DNA from: Eledone cirrhosa
Taxonomy: Eukaryota
NCBI GenBank assembly: GCA_964016885.1
Contig: OZ024743.1
Span: forward strand, 180,482,001 to 180,546,000
Reading direction: 5' to 3'
DNA length: 64,000 bases
Part shown: positions 13,678 to 25,813 of the stretch, in pieces
How positions within the stretch are numbered: position 1 is the first letter of the stretch
How the letters are laid out: each line of letters begins with the position of its first letter
Notes under the pieces: generated by a model
Told to the model about the DNA's origin: nothing
Databases searched by the model: none
The model's input: the letters and a program-made list of their open reading frames with translations, nothing else
Translations under genes and position numbers: made by a program

Positions 13678-14905
13678 AAAAAAATGAAGGAATTGATAAG
13701 AACTGAATACATTCGGAGAATAAGGAGCCATAAGTGCAGTAAATTCCCGAGCTGTGTCTATTATTAGGTACAGTGCAGGAATTCTGAGATGGAATGTTGC
13801 TGAACAAAATAAATGTATAGGAAGACTAGGAAGCTATTGTCTATCTACAACATGTTCCACAAGAGGAGTGATGTCGATAGACTCTACTTAAGGAGATCTG
13901 AGGGTGGAAGAGGTCTTATCAGCATAGAGGACTGTGTTCAGATGGAGAAAAACAACCTACACAAATACGTGACTAATAGTAAGGAGCCAATGCTCAGAAC
14001 TGTACTGCAGGAGGGGACAATAGACCAGGGGATGTCCAAGGAGGAAATAACATCAAAGAGAAAGAGCAGCCTTCAGGAAAAATCCTTTCATAGTACCTTC
14101 TTTGAGAAAACTGAATTTAGAGATCCACAGACATCGAACTGGTTGAAAAGAGGAGACCTTAAAAAGGCTACAGAAGGAATGTTAATGGCTGCGCAGGGGC
14201 AGGCCCTCAAAACGAAGTGGTTGAAACACCATATTTACAAGGGGGAGGCTAGGCCACTGTGCAGGATCTATGGAGAGAGAGAGGAGACTGTGGCTCACAT
14301 TGTATCCGAGTGTAAACACCTAGCCCAGACTCACTATAAGGCCTGGAGACATTATGTGATGGGCAGGGTGATCCACTGGCACCTATGCAAAGTAAACAAT
14401 TTACCACATTCTGAGAAGTGGTATGAGCATAAGCCAGAGTCGGTGATAGAAAACGATCAGGTGAAGGTGCTGTGGGATTTTAGGATACAGACGGACAAGA
14501 AACTGGAACACAATAGACCTGATCTGGTGGTTGTGGACAAAGAATAAAGATCGTGCCTGATTGTGGATGTGGCCTGCCCATTCGACACGAGAGTGCAGTA
14601 GAAGGAGAGGGAGAAAATTAACCGATATCAGGACTTAAAGTGGGCGGTAAAAAGGATTTGGAACTACCATGAAGTCAAAATGATCCCGATTGTCATAGGT
14701 GCACTAGGGACTATCTCAAAAGGTCTCCAGGGATGGTTAAAGAAAATTGGTCCCTTCACGCTTTTTGGAACGCTTCAAAAGGCATGCTTGCAGGGAACAG
14801 CAAGAACCCTCCGATACGTCCTGAATAGCTGAGGCTGCAGGTATTGGCTTGATATTCATTTCAACAAACTTTCCAGTAAACTAACATGAATGACATAGAC
14901 TCAAA

Positions 14906-14970
<65 letters not shown>
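13678..14970 (+). mobile_element. R4/Dong-like RLE retrotransposon family A, copy 1 (5'-truncated, stop codons)
   Basis: EGGRGL, CRIYG..ETVAHIVSEC, RH, NRPDLVVVD RLE motifs; (AAT)n tail 14907-14970. Confidence 0.88.
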
Positions 14971-14971
<1 letters not shown>

Positions 14972-15170
14972 ATAAGATAGTACTAATGGGAACTGCCCAT
15001 ATACTAAGGAAGATTCTGTCAATATAAGTACATCACAAGTCTAAACACTAAAGATGCATGTGTGAATATGTATGTTCTTTCTTGAACATGGCGGACCTTG
15101 TTGTCTCTTGAGGTCACTGGTTGTGACTTGGTGATAACTCGTATGAACATAAAGCAAGATAAATGCAACT

Positions 15171-15234
<64 letters not shown>
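14971..15234 (+). mobile_element. R4/Dong-like family B, copy 1 (last ~200 bp plus (AAT)n)
   Basis: Encodes LMGTAHILRKILSI* followed by the 3' UTR shared with the other B copies. Confidence 0.85.
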
Positions 15235-15236
<2 letters not shown>

Positions 15237-16013
15237 GCACAAGATCAGTGTCTGCCAACAAAAAATTACCAAGCCAACATAATAAAAAATTGATGCAGCC
15301 CATTATGCCGTGTATGCGAAAAACAACCAGAGACCATTGACCATATAATTTCAATGTGCAGTCCTATAGCTCCAACCGAATACCTAAACAGGCATGACAG
15401 AGCTGCACAATACATACATTGGATAATGTGTAAGCATTTTGACCTGCCCCATCAAAAGAATTGGTGGGAGCATCAACCACCTCCCATACTTGAAAAAGAT
15501 CACATCTCAATCTTGTGGAACTTTAGCATCCAAACAGACCGAAAAATAGATGCAAACAGACCTGATATAATATTGAAAGACTTTCAAAAGAGGGTATGCC
15601 TGCTAATTGATATGTCTGTTCCAATAGACAAGAATGTATCTATAAAAACGTTTGAAAAATTGAGCAAGTATAAGGACCTGGAGATAGAAATTGGAAAAAT
15701 GTGGAAATTGAGAATTAAAACAATACCAGTGGTTGTAGGCGCTCTGGGAATGATACCTAAGGGGTCTAATGATTACTTATTGCAAATCCCAGGAAACCCG
15801 CGTATAGGAGAAATACAAAAGATATTACTAATGGGAACTGCCCATATACTAAGGAAGATTCTGTCAATATAAGTACATCACAAGTCTAAACACTAAAGAT
15901 GCATGTGTGGGTATGTATGTTCTTTCTTGAACATGGCGGACCTTGTTGTCTCTTGAGGTCACTGGTTGTGACTTGTGATAAAATGATGAACATAAAGCAA
16001 GATAAATGCAACT

Positions 16014-16060
<47 letters not shown>
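15235..16060 (+). mobile_element. R4/Dong-like family B, copy 2 (CCHC + RLE domain)
   Basis: ORF 15354-15872 RHD..NRPDIILKD..LIDMSVP..EKLSKYKDL; (AAT)n tail 16016-16060. Confidence 0.9.
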
Positions 16061-16063
<3 letters not shown>

Positions 16064-18603
16064 GTTCATAATATACATGCCCCATGGATAGACAGACAAA
16101 TGAATGATACAGCTCACCTTGAGGAACAAATATGGGAAAATATAACAGTTGAACAGTTGCGTTTGGCTCTAAGAAAACCAGCAAATGGAAATCCCCAGGA
16201 AAATACAAAATACAAAATTTTTGGATAAATGCCTTCACAGAGTCTCATGAGCTGTTAGACCAACTTTACAATGAAATAGTTAAGGAGCCAGAAAAGATAC
16301 CATCATGGCTAGTTAACGGCATTACATTCCTGCTTCCGAAGAATGATGAGACAAACAATCCCAAAAATTACAGACCGATAACTTGCTTGACCACAATGTA
16401 TAAAATTTTAACATCAGTCCTAACTGAGTATACATATGACCACCTGATAACAAATGACCTATTTCCCATTGAGAAGAAAGGGTGTAAACGAGACTCGTAC
16501 GGTTGTAAGGATCAGCTTTTGGTTAACCAAATGATACTGGAAGATTGTCATAATAGACACAAAAATCTATCAATTGCTTGGATAGATTATAAAAAAGCAT
16601 TCGATAGTTTGCCACACAGTTGGATTGAAAGATGTTTAGAGATTTTCAAAATATCCCCCGTTGTCAGGAGGTTTTTGTCATTCAGTATGAAGACATGGAA
16701 AACGACACTCCTTTTGAATTGTGAAAAAAAATCACTGGAAGCTGGAGAAGTTAATATTAATTGTGGAATTTTTCAGGGTGACTCTTTATTACCACTTTTA
16801 TTCTGCATCGCTCTTATACCATTAAGTAAAATGCTCAATGAAACAAAACATGGATATAAAGTCTATGACAAAACCATTAATCACTTGTTCTACATGGATG
16901 ACCTGAAACTATTTGCAAAAAATGATGAACAATTGCAATGGCTATTATCCACTGTGGAGCAGTTCAGTGATGACATTAAAATAGAGTTTGGACTAGATAA
17001 ATGCGCCAAAGCAACGTTCACCAGAGGAAAGCTGCTGAAAAGTTCAGACATTAATCTTGATCGAGGGAATGTGATAAGAGAACTTGATCGAGAGGAAACT
17101 TACAAATATCTAGGAGTTTGTGAAGGAGACGGAATCAAGCACTCGACAATGAGGGAAAGGATAAGGAAGGAGTGTTACCGCAGAGTAAGAGCAATCATAA
17201 GAACGGAATTGAATGCAAGGAATAGGATCGATGCCATAAACACGCTTGCCATACCAGTAGTAACCTACAGTTACAATGTCATCAACCGGTCAAGCACAGA
17301 GATCCGTAGGTTCGATACAAAAATTCGAAAATTCTTAACCATGCACAGAATGCATCACCCTAAGGCAGATACAGATAGAATATATCTCCCTAGGAAAGAA
17401 GGAGGACGTGGCTTAATACAGTTAGACATTGCGTTGAAAACTGCAACAATTGGATTATCTACATATCTAAGGGAATCACATGATTGGATGATCAAACTCG
17501 TTTTGAAACACGAAAGCATCAAAAGATCATACTCCATTACAAAAGATGCACAAAGATACAGTAATGGACTACACATTTCAGAAGTCCCATTTACTGCTGA
17601 AATAGAAAACACAGAAAACGCAAAGCAGGTAAAAGTAACTGCAAAGTAAGAACTGCTACAGAAACTGGCTAAGAAATGGCAAGAAAACCCTCTGTATGGA
17701 AAATACCCAGAACGAGCTAACAATCGTGATGTTGACAAAACTTTAACCCATAAGTGGTTGTCATTCTCTGGACTGAAATCGGAGACTGAAGGACTGATTA
17801 TATCAGCACAAGATCAGTGTCTGCCAACAAAAAATTACCAAGCCAACATAATAAAAAATGGATGCAGCCCATTATGCCGTGTATGCAAAAAACAACCAGA
17901 GACCATTGACCATATAATTTCAATGTGCAGTCCTATAGCTCCAACCGAATACCTACAGAGGCATGACAGAGCTGCACAATACATACATTGGATAATGTGT
18001 AAGCATTTTGACCTGCCCCATCAAAAGAATTGGTGGGAGCATCAGCCACCTCCCATACTTGAAGAAGATCACATCTCAATCTTGTGGAACTTTAGCATCC
18101 AAACAGACCGAAAAATAGATGCAAATAGACCTGATATAATACTGAAGGACTTTAAAAAGAGGGTATGCCTGCTAATTGATATGTCCGTTCCAATAGACAA
18201 GAATGTATCTATAAAAAACATTTGAAAAATTGAGCAAGTATAAGGACCTGGAGATAGAAATTGGAAAAATGTGGAAATTGAGAACTAAAGCAATACCAGT
18301 GGTTGTAGGCGCTGTAGGAATGAACCTAAGGGGTCTAATGATTACTTATCGCAAATCCCAGAAAACCCGCGTATAGGATAAATACAAAAGTTAGTACTAA
18401 TGGGAACTGCCCATATACTAAGGAAGATCCTGTCAATATAAGTACATTACAAGTCTAAACACTAATGATGCATGTGTGAGTATGTATGTACTTTCTTGAA
18501 CTTGGCGGACCTTGTTGTCTCTTGAGGTCACTGGTTGTGACTTGGTGATAACTCGTTTGAACATAAAGCAAGATAAATGCATAATAATAATAATAATAAT
18601 AAT
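16061..18603 (+). mobile_element. R4/Dong-like family B, copy 3 (RT + RLE, disrupted)
   Basis: WIDYKKAFDSLPH, GIFQGDSL, LFYMDDLKL, CRVC..ETIDHIISMC; (AAT)n tail from 18581. Confidence 0.92.
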
Positions 18604-19845
18604 AATGAAGGAATTGATAAGGTCTGAATACATTCGGAGAGTAAGGAGCGTATTAAAGTCACATCTGAACAGTAGGAATGCCATAAGTGCAGTAAATTCC
18701 CGAGCTGTGTCTGCGGGAATTCTGAGATGGAATGTTGCTGAACAAAAAGAAATGGATAGGAAGACTAGGAAGCTATTGACTATCTACGACATGTTCCACA
18801 AGAGGAGTGATGTCGATAGACTCTACTTAAGGAGATCTGAAGGTAGAAGAGGTCTTATCAGCATAGAGGACTGTGTTCAGATGGAGAAAAACAACCTACA
18901 CAAATACGTGACTGATAGTAAGGAGCCAATGCTCAGAATTGTACTGAAGGAGAGGACAATAGACCAGGGGATGACCAAGGAGGAAATAACAACAAGGAGA
19001 AAGATCAGCCTTCATGATAAAATCCCTTCATAGTACCTTCTTTGAGAAAACTGAATTCAGAGATCCACAGACATGGAACTGGTTGAAAAGAGGAGACCTT
19101 AAAAAGGCTACAGAAGGAATGCTAATGGCTGCGCAAGAGCAGGCCCTCAAAACGAAGTGGTTGAAACACCGTATTTACAAGGAGGAGGCTAGCCCACTGT
19201 GCAGGATCTGTGGAGTGAGAGAGGAGACTGTGGCTCACATTGTATCCGAATGTAACCACCTAGCCCAGACTCACTATAACGGCTGGAGACATGATGAATG
19301 GGCAGGGGTGATCCACTGGCACCTATGCAAAGTAAACAATTTACCACATTCTGAGAAGTGGTATGAGCATAAGCCAGAGTCGGTGATAGAAAACGATCAG
19401 GTGAAGGTGCTGTGGGATTTAAGGATACAGACGGACAAGAAACTGGAACACAATAGGCCTGACCTGGTGGTTGTGGACAAAGAAAAAAGATCGTGCCTGA
19501 TTGTGGATGTGGCCTGCCCATTCGACACGAGAGTGCAAGAGAAGGAGAGGGAGAAAATTAACCAATACCAGGACTTAAAGTGGGCGGTAAAAAGGATTTG
19601 GAACTGCCATGAAGTCAAAGTGATCCCGATTGTCATAGGCGCACTAGGGACTATCTCAAAAGGTCTCCAGGGATGGTTAAAGAAAATTGGCCCCTTCACG
19701 CTTTTTGGAACGCTTCAAAAGGCATGCTTGCTAGGAACAGCAAGAGCCCTCCGATACGTCCTGAATATCTGAGGCTGCAGGTAGTGGCTTGATATTCATT
19801 TCAACAAACTTTCGAGTTAACTAACATCAATCACTGAGATCCAAA

Positions 19846-19891
<46 letters not shown>
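18604..19891 (+). mobile_element. R4/Dong-like family A, copy 2
   Basis: ORFs 18605-19033 and 19014-19772 with CRICG..HIVSEC, RHD, RPD..DVACPFD..EK; (AAT)n 19847-19891. Confidence 0.9.
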
Positions 19892-19892
<1 letters not shown>

Positions 19893-20133
19893 TTTTCTTT
19901 ATTAACCACAAGGGTTCACATAAAGTAGACATTAAGGACAGTACAGGACAATACAGGACGATACAAATGGGCATTTCTGCGTGTAAAAAAACAGAGGTTG
20001 AAATAAAATAACAAAGAAAAATTCCCCAATAGAGGGGAGACTTCCAAGGGACATTTGTGGAGAAAGCCCATTAAAAGACCACAGTGGCCCTGACCACCAG
20101 GCAAATGCCCTCTCCCAGTTTTCCACCTTTAAT

Positions 20134-23100
20134 TTACAGACACATACTCAGAGAAGGCCCATTCATTCGGGCCATACTTGCTTCTCTCACCCATCTTTCA
20201 ACAAAATGCTGGGAAGAGAGCACTTCCCTCTCTACCCTGATTTTCCTTTTCAAATGAAATTTGAAAAAGTTAATCAGGGCATCACCGAAGAGGTAAGTGC
20301 TCGTCTTCAGCCCTTTCAAACGTGTCCACCATACTATCTCTTTCGCCATGGCCACCAGACAGATAAAAACTGCCTGCCCTTCCAGGCTAAAGGAAGGGGG
20401 CGGGGCAATCCTCACGATGGACTCAGCTGACAGCTGGATAGGTCCTACACGTGACAGCAGGTGTTCGACATAAACCCACAAGTCAGCAATGCTCGGACAC
20501 TGGACGAGTGCGTGCAGGACGGTTTCGTCGCCCTGCGCGCATCTCGGACATGCCCGGCTGACGGCACCTCCATGCCTGTAGAGATTATCCCGAACTGGCA
20601 AAGCTCCTCGGTAGCACTGCCAGGCCAGGGATTTCTGGAAGTTGTCCATAGGCCCCGGCCCGAAAGTCCTTCCGAAGAGATTGGCTAGTTGATTTTCGTC
20701 GACGCCTAGAGTTTCTCCAAGTACGTCGTCGCTCTTCCCCTCCAGTAATCCCCTATAGAACGCCAAGGTGGAGTTTCCACCGATCACATTGCCCGATTGG
20801 TCGAGGGCTGTGAGCGCCTGAAGACATTCCAGTCTCCAAGCGCTCCCTCTCGGTCTTCGCTTGACCCAGGACTGCAGCTCCGTCAAGGAGACGAGCTGGG
20901 GAAAAACGTGTCTTGCAAACGGCGACCACACCTGATCACCGTCGAGGAAGAGGTGGAGATGTCGTAGCCTGAGCGCGTGTCTGCGCATCATCAGCTACGG
21001 CATGCCCAGCCCTCCACGTAGCGGGTGTTGACAGCAGATGGACCGCCTGACCATCGGAGCGCGTCCCTTCCACAAGAAGCGAAAGAGCAAACGCTCCAGC
21101 GCAGTCAGGCGGGGCTTAGGACAAGGTACGACGGTCAGGCGGTAGTAGATGACGGATGCGATGTACGCATTTGCCACCTCCGCTCGACCTTTCAGGGATA
21201 GCTTCCTCTCGGCCCATTTCTGGGTGAGAGAAGCCACCCTGCTCGTCACCTCGTCCCAGTTTTTGTCCGTCTGGAGGTCTGGACCGAACCAGACCCCTAG
21301 CAATTTAACCGGTCCGTCCGTCCAGCGCCCGACGACGCTGTTGGACGGCATGGACCTGCCTCTCCAGGTGCTGAGCTGCAGGCCCACTGACTTTTCCTGG
21401 TTGATCATTGCTCCTGTCACCGCTTCGTATTCTCTTAGTGTAGTGCCGATCGCCTCGATGTGTTTGGCGTTCGACACCACTACGGTGACATCGTCGGCAT
21501 ATGCTGACACGGATCTTCCGCATCCTAGTTCGCGCGGGACCCCCTCAACGTCTCCAGTTTGTGCAGTAATGGCTCGAGAGTCAATACGTACAATAGGGAC
21601 GAGAGGGGACATCCTTGGCGGACCGAGCGCATGATGTTGAACGGTTCCGAAAGGTGACCGTTCACTCTCACTACAGAGCAGATGTCGCTGTGCATGGCAG
21701 CGATCCAGCCTCTGAAGACGGGCCCAAAGCCAGCCGCCGTCAGGACTGCCGCTAGGTAACGATGGTCGACCCTATCGAAGGCTTTCGACTGATCTAAATT
21801 GATCAAAGACCCACCCGTGCCAGGTTCCCTAGCTACCCTCTCTACGATGTATCGCATGAGGTGGAGGTTGTCGTGGATGGATCTGTCGGGAATGCCGCAT
21901 GTCTGTGCCTCTCCCACCAGACCACCAACGACAAGCGCCAACCTCTTTGCTAGCACCTTGGCCAAAATCTTGAACTCTGTGTTTAGCAGAGTTATGGGCC
22001 TAAAATTATCTATGTTATCCCCCTTGTTCGGATCCTTTCTCAGCAGCGCCACCGCTCCTCGGCTCACAGAGCTGGGAATTCTCCCGTTCTTTTGCCAGTT
22101 GCAGTAGACGTCCGCCAAGAGGCCTCCGAACAAGTTTGGCATTTGTACGTAAAGTTCATAGGGCAGACCATCCAAACCAGGCGATTTACCCCTTGTGCAA
22201 CTAGTCATTGCATCCCGTACTTCAGCGGTTGTTATCGGCTTTTCGCAACACTCCGCCTCAGTGGCCGAAAGCCGCGGCAGTCCATCGAGGTAGACACTAA
22301 AGTCCATCCTCGATCCGGCCCGCCACTGCCCCCGAACAGTTGAGCGAAGTGTCGCTGAAAAGCTTCACACATTTGCCCGGGATCGAGTAGCATGCGCCCG
22401 TCGTGGTCCACCAAAGACCGGATCGTGGCTTTGTTGCCACGACGCGCCTCCGCCACTCGGGCCCATTGAACGGCTTTTGTCCCCTCGTGTCTGAGAGCAC
22501 GCACCTTAGCTCTGACAACGCAGCCTTCGTGCTTTGCATTGAAGAATTGGTCAAGGGCCAATTTCGCCGCAAGTACGTCGGTCGCGATGCCTTTGCTAAG
22601 CGCCTCATCTAATTTTCTAACTAATTCTCCCTCTGCTCTATTTTTCTCTATTGCTAAAGTCTTACTGAACCTAATGGACTCTATTCTAATTGCTCTTTTC
22701 AGAGCAAACCACCACTTGTGTTGACGATGGCCCCCGTCAACGCCCGCTTAACTAGTTCGCTAATCCGGTCTCTGTAGGCCTTGCGCGCTGGTAAGGACGC
22801 GTTTAGCTTCCAGTAGCCGGGTCCTCGTCTATGAAGCCTATCTAAGTCAAGCACACAGATCAGGAATTTGTGGTCCGTGTAGCTGACTATCTTGAATTGT
22901 GGACAGCCTATGCTAGACCTATCTATTTCCCTACAAAATACTCTATCTAGATATGATCTGGATGACCCAATGCGATTTGTCCAAGTCCACATTGGTACAT
23001 TCTGGAAATCCATTCGGTACCTGTCAGACAGTTCAAAACGTCTGAGCAGGTTGGTGAGACTCTTGCACCCTCCTTCCCTATCCACTAATCCCACACAATC

Positions 23101-23550
23101 CCAGCGTACATCTAAGATCCTGCTCCAGTCGCCCACTAACACTAAAGAGCGGGACGTTCCAAGAAAGGTCTCCAGACGCCGGAAGAAATCAGGCCGCCCT
23201 GCTCCTGTCGGGGCATAGACGGCCACTAACCTGAAAGCTTGCCCGTCTCCGCTGGTCACGTCCAGCACCACCAACTTACCTTCTGGGTCCAGGAAGATGG
23301 CCCGTATGGCAAGATCCAAACCTCTCCGAAAAAGCACAGCAACTCCTCCCCCCGATCCCGGACGGCTGGGAGATGCGTACACATCGTAGCCGCCGAAGAT
23401 CGGTGCGAAAGCCTGTGCTTCGGCGATTCTGGTCTCGCTGATGGCCACTACATCTATGTTTAGTGACCTGAGGTCGTTGAGCAGGTGGCCCTGCTTCCAT
23501 GGCGACTCCAAGCCACGCGCATTTATGCTGCCTATTCTGAGTGAGGTCAT
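20134..23550 (-). pseudogene. Tx1 ORF2: APE endonuclease + RT + CCHC, several frameshifts or stops
   Basis: SINARGL..ISET..VYAP..GD..SYLDR..TDH..GPGYWKLN; KSPGLDGLP; AYADDV; CPRC..ETVLHALVQC. Confidence 0.9.
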
Positions 23551-23584
23551 GTTGAAAAGGAGTGGAAAAGATGGGAAAGACCAC

Positions 23585-25566
23585 TTACCTTACTTCTCGT
23601 AGGGGAAGGACGGTTTTTCCATCCTTTTCACTGCTTGTGGCCTCCTCAGGAAGGATGTCCTTATAAATCCTCCTGGAGAGTGCTTGTCGGAAGTCTCCGA
23701 TGTCTTTGGGGAATTTTTGTTTTAGTGTCATGTACGTTTTCTGTGTGATGCAAGTGATTTGTATGTGTGGAGGTGGTGTGAATTTTGGGGTTGTTGTGTA
23801 GTCTTTTTCTGTGATGCTGGTGTTGTGTTGGATGTAGTGTAATAATTGCTTGTTGTTCAAATTTAATGCTGTGTAGTGTGTATCGTTTTGGTTGTTTTGT
23901 TTTGTTTGCGTTTGTTGTGGGTTTGTTTCTGTTTCTCATTTTGGTGACTTTTGTGGTGTAGGTGATGGTGGTGCTGGGGTTAATGATGGTGATGGTGTTG
24001 GTGTTTGGGTTGATGGGGTTGGTGATGCTGGTGTGGATGGTGGCATATCTGTCCTAACTTTTTTGTTTCTTAATTTATTTGTTTCCCTCTGTGTTTTGTT
24101 TTTGGAGGGGGAAGGAAGAGAATTTTTTTCTTTTTTGGTTTCTTTTTTTTTCCGGATATCGTTTCCCACTCCTCGTCGTCACAATCTGTCTCCAGTTGTG
24201 ATAGGCCGGGGAGTGGAAAATCCTCCACAGCCGTTAGTTTTGGTTGTGGCGTGGTGGATGGTGTAGGCGCTGGTGCTAGTTCTGAAGCGTTGGGTGGTGG
24301 TGGTGTTGGTTTTGCTGGTGGTGGTGGTGGTGTTGGTTTTGCTACTGTTGCTGGGGTTGTTGCTGTTATAGTTGCTTCTGTTGTTGCTGCTACAGTTGTT
24401 GCTGCCATCTCTGCTACTGGTGGTGTTGATGGTTGTGTCACTGGGGTGGGTAGGAGAGGTGGCCTCAACCTTTTAGCCTGAGGGCAGAAAGCCCTTAGGT
24501 GGGTTCCTTCACCACAAACGACACACCTAGGTCTTCTGCCCTCGACAATTACCGTGAGGTGGCTGCCGTCAGTGAGGTCTATTACCTCTGGGATCTCCTC
24601 AATGCTTTTTTGGTCCGCTTGGATCAGGAGCTCCATCCCAGATCCGGACCAGTTTTCCTGCTTTTCTTTTGCTACTGCTATTATTTTCGTGTTGGCTTCG
24701 ATGCCGGCGAGGACGGCCGCTATTAGCCAGGGAATTTCGATGGCCGGTGGAACGTGGGTGACCCTGATCTTTACGAGTCTCTGGCCACAATAGCTTGGGA
24801 CGAGTGTGAAGTCGTCACTTTTTAATGGGGCCATGGAGTGTTCTCTAGCCTCCTCTGGTGTTTCAAAGAACACGACCACGGTTCCATACATTTGCCCACG
24901 TCTGATGTGGGTTTTTCTTGCCCACACATGTCCCAAAGCTTTTTGGATTTGGGACTCGGATGCGATTTTACATTTATTATTCTATACGACACGGTGCATA
25001 GGCGCCAATGCTCCATTTTATTAGGTGGGGGGGGGGTGAGGCTGACCCTGTACCCATCTTTCTTTACCATTTGTTTGGCATTTTCTAAATCCTCCTGAGT
25101 TACCGTACAAGCTTCGAATTGTTTTGCTACTCTGGCGAAACTGGGGGTCGGTTTTATAATGTCATTGTTGTTGTTGTTGCTATCGTTATTTGTGTTAATC
25201 TTAATTTTAGTTTCAGTTGTGGTTGTGGTGACGTCAGTCGTCTTTGGTGGGGAAGAGTCCATTTTGCTTGATTTCATTTCGACATCACGAGTTAATTTAT
25301 TTTTTTCTTCTTTTGTTTCTGTTGTCGTGGTGGTGGTTGGGGGGGGGGGTTGTCGCGGTGGTGGTGGTGGTGGAGGCTTTAACACCTGCAGTCATTGGTA
25401 ATGGCGGGAAATGAATTTCTGCCTGAGACAAATTTAAAATATTGCTACTGCTTATATTTGTTTTTGTGTTGGCAAACGTAGTAACATTTACAATGGTGGT
25501 GTCGGTGTGAGGTGTTAATTTGTGAGGAAGGCTTTCAGCTGCTTGTTGCAGAGGTGAATTAGCCAT
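23585..25566 (-). pseudogene. Tx1 ORF1 (gag-like), frameshifted
   Basis: Starts MANSPLQQ; zinc knuckle CVVCGEGTHLRAFC (CX2CX4HX4C); Pro/Thr-rich and basic tracts; lies just upstream of ORF2. Confidence 0.75.
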
Positions 25567-25773
25567 TTTTTCAAAGAAATTTTTTTGATAATAATAAAAG
25601 TTTAAATTTTGGGCACAAGGCCCCAATCTTTTTGGGTGTCCTTTTCGGAAAACAATGTATGTGCGCTTATAAACAGTTAACAATAAAATTTTCCATAAAT
25701 GACAATTTTTAACAAACGGAAATAACAAACCTTTGCAGAGCTCACGATGATACGATTGACTACGTAGGTCGCC

Positions 25774-25813
25774 AATAATAATAATAATAATAATTATTAT
25801 TATTATTATTATT
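25774..25813. repeat. Palindromic microsatellite (AAT)7-(TAT)6 at a head-to-head junction
   Basis: Direct reading. Confidence 0.9.

Larger units (their letters stand above)
19892..25773 (-). mobile_element. Tx1/L1-clade LINE copy 2, apparently full length (5' UTR, ORF1, ORF2)
   Basis: Two-ORF layout; AATAAA followed by an (ATT)n tail; (AAT)n on both flanks. Confidence 0.9.
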
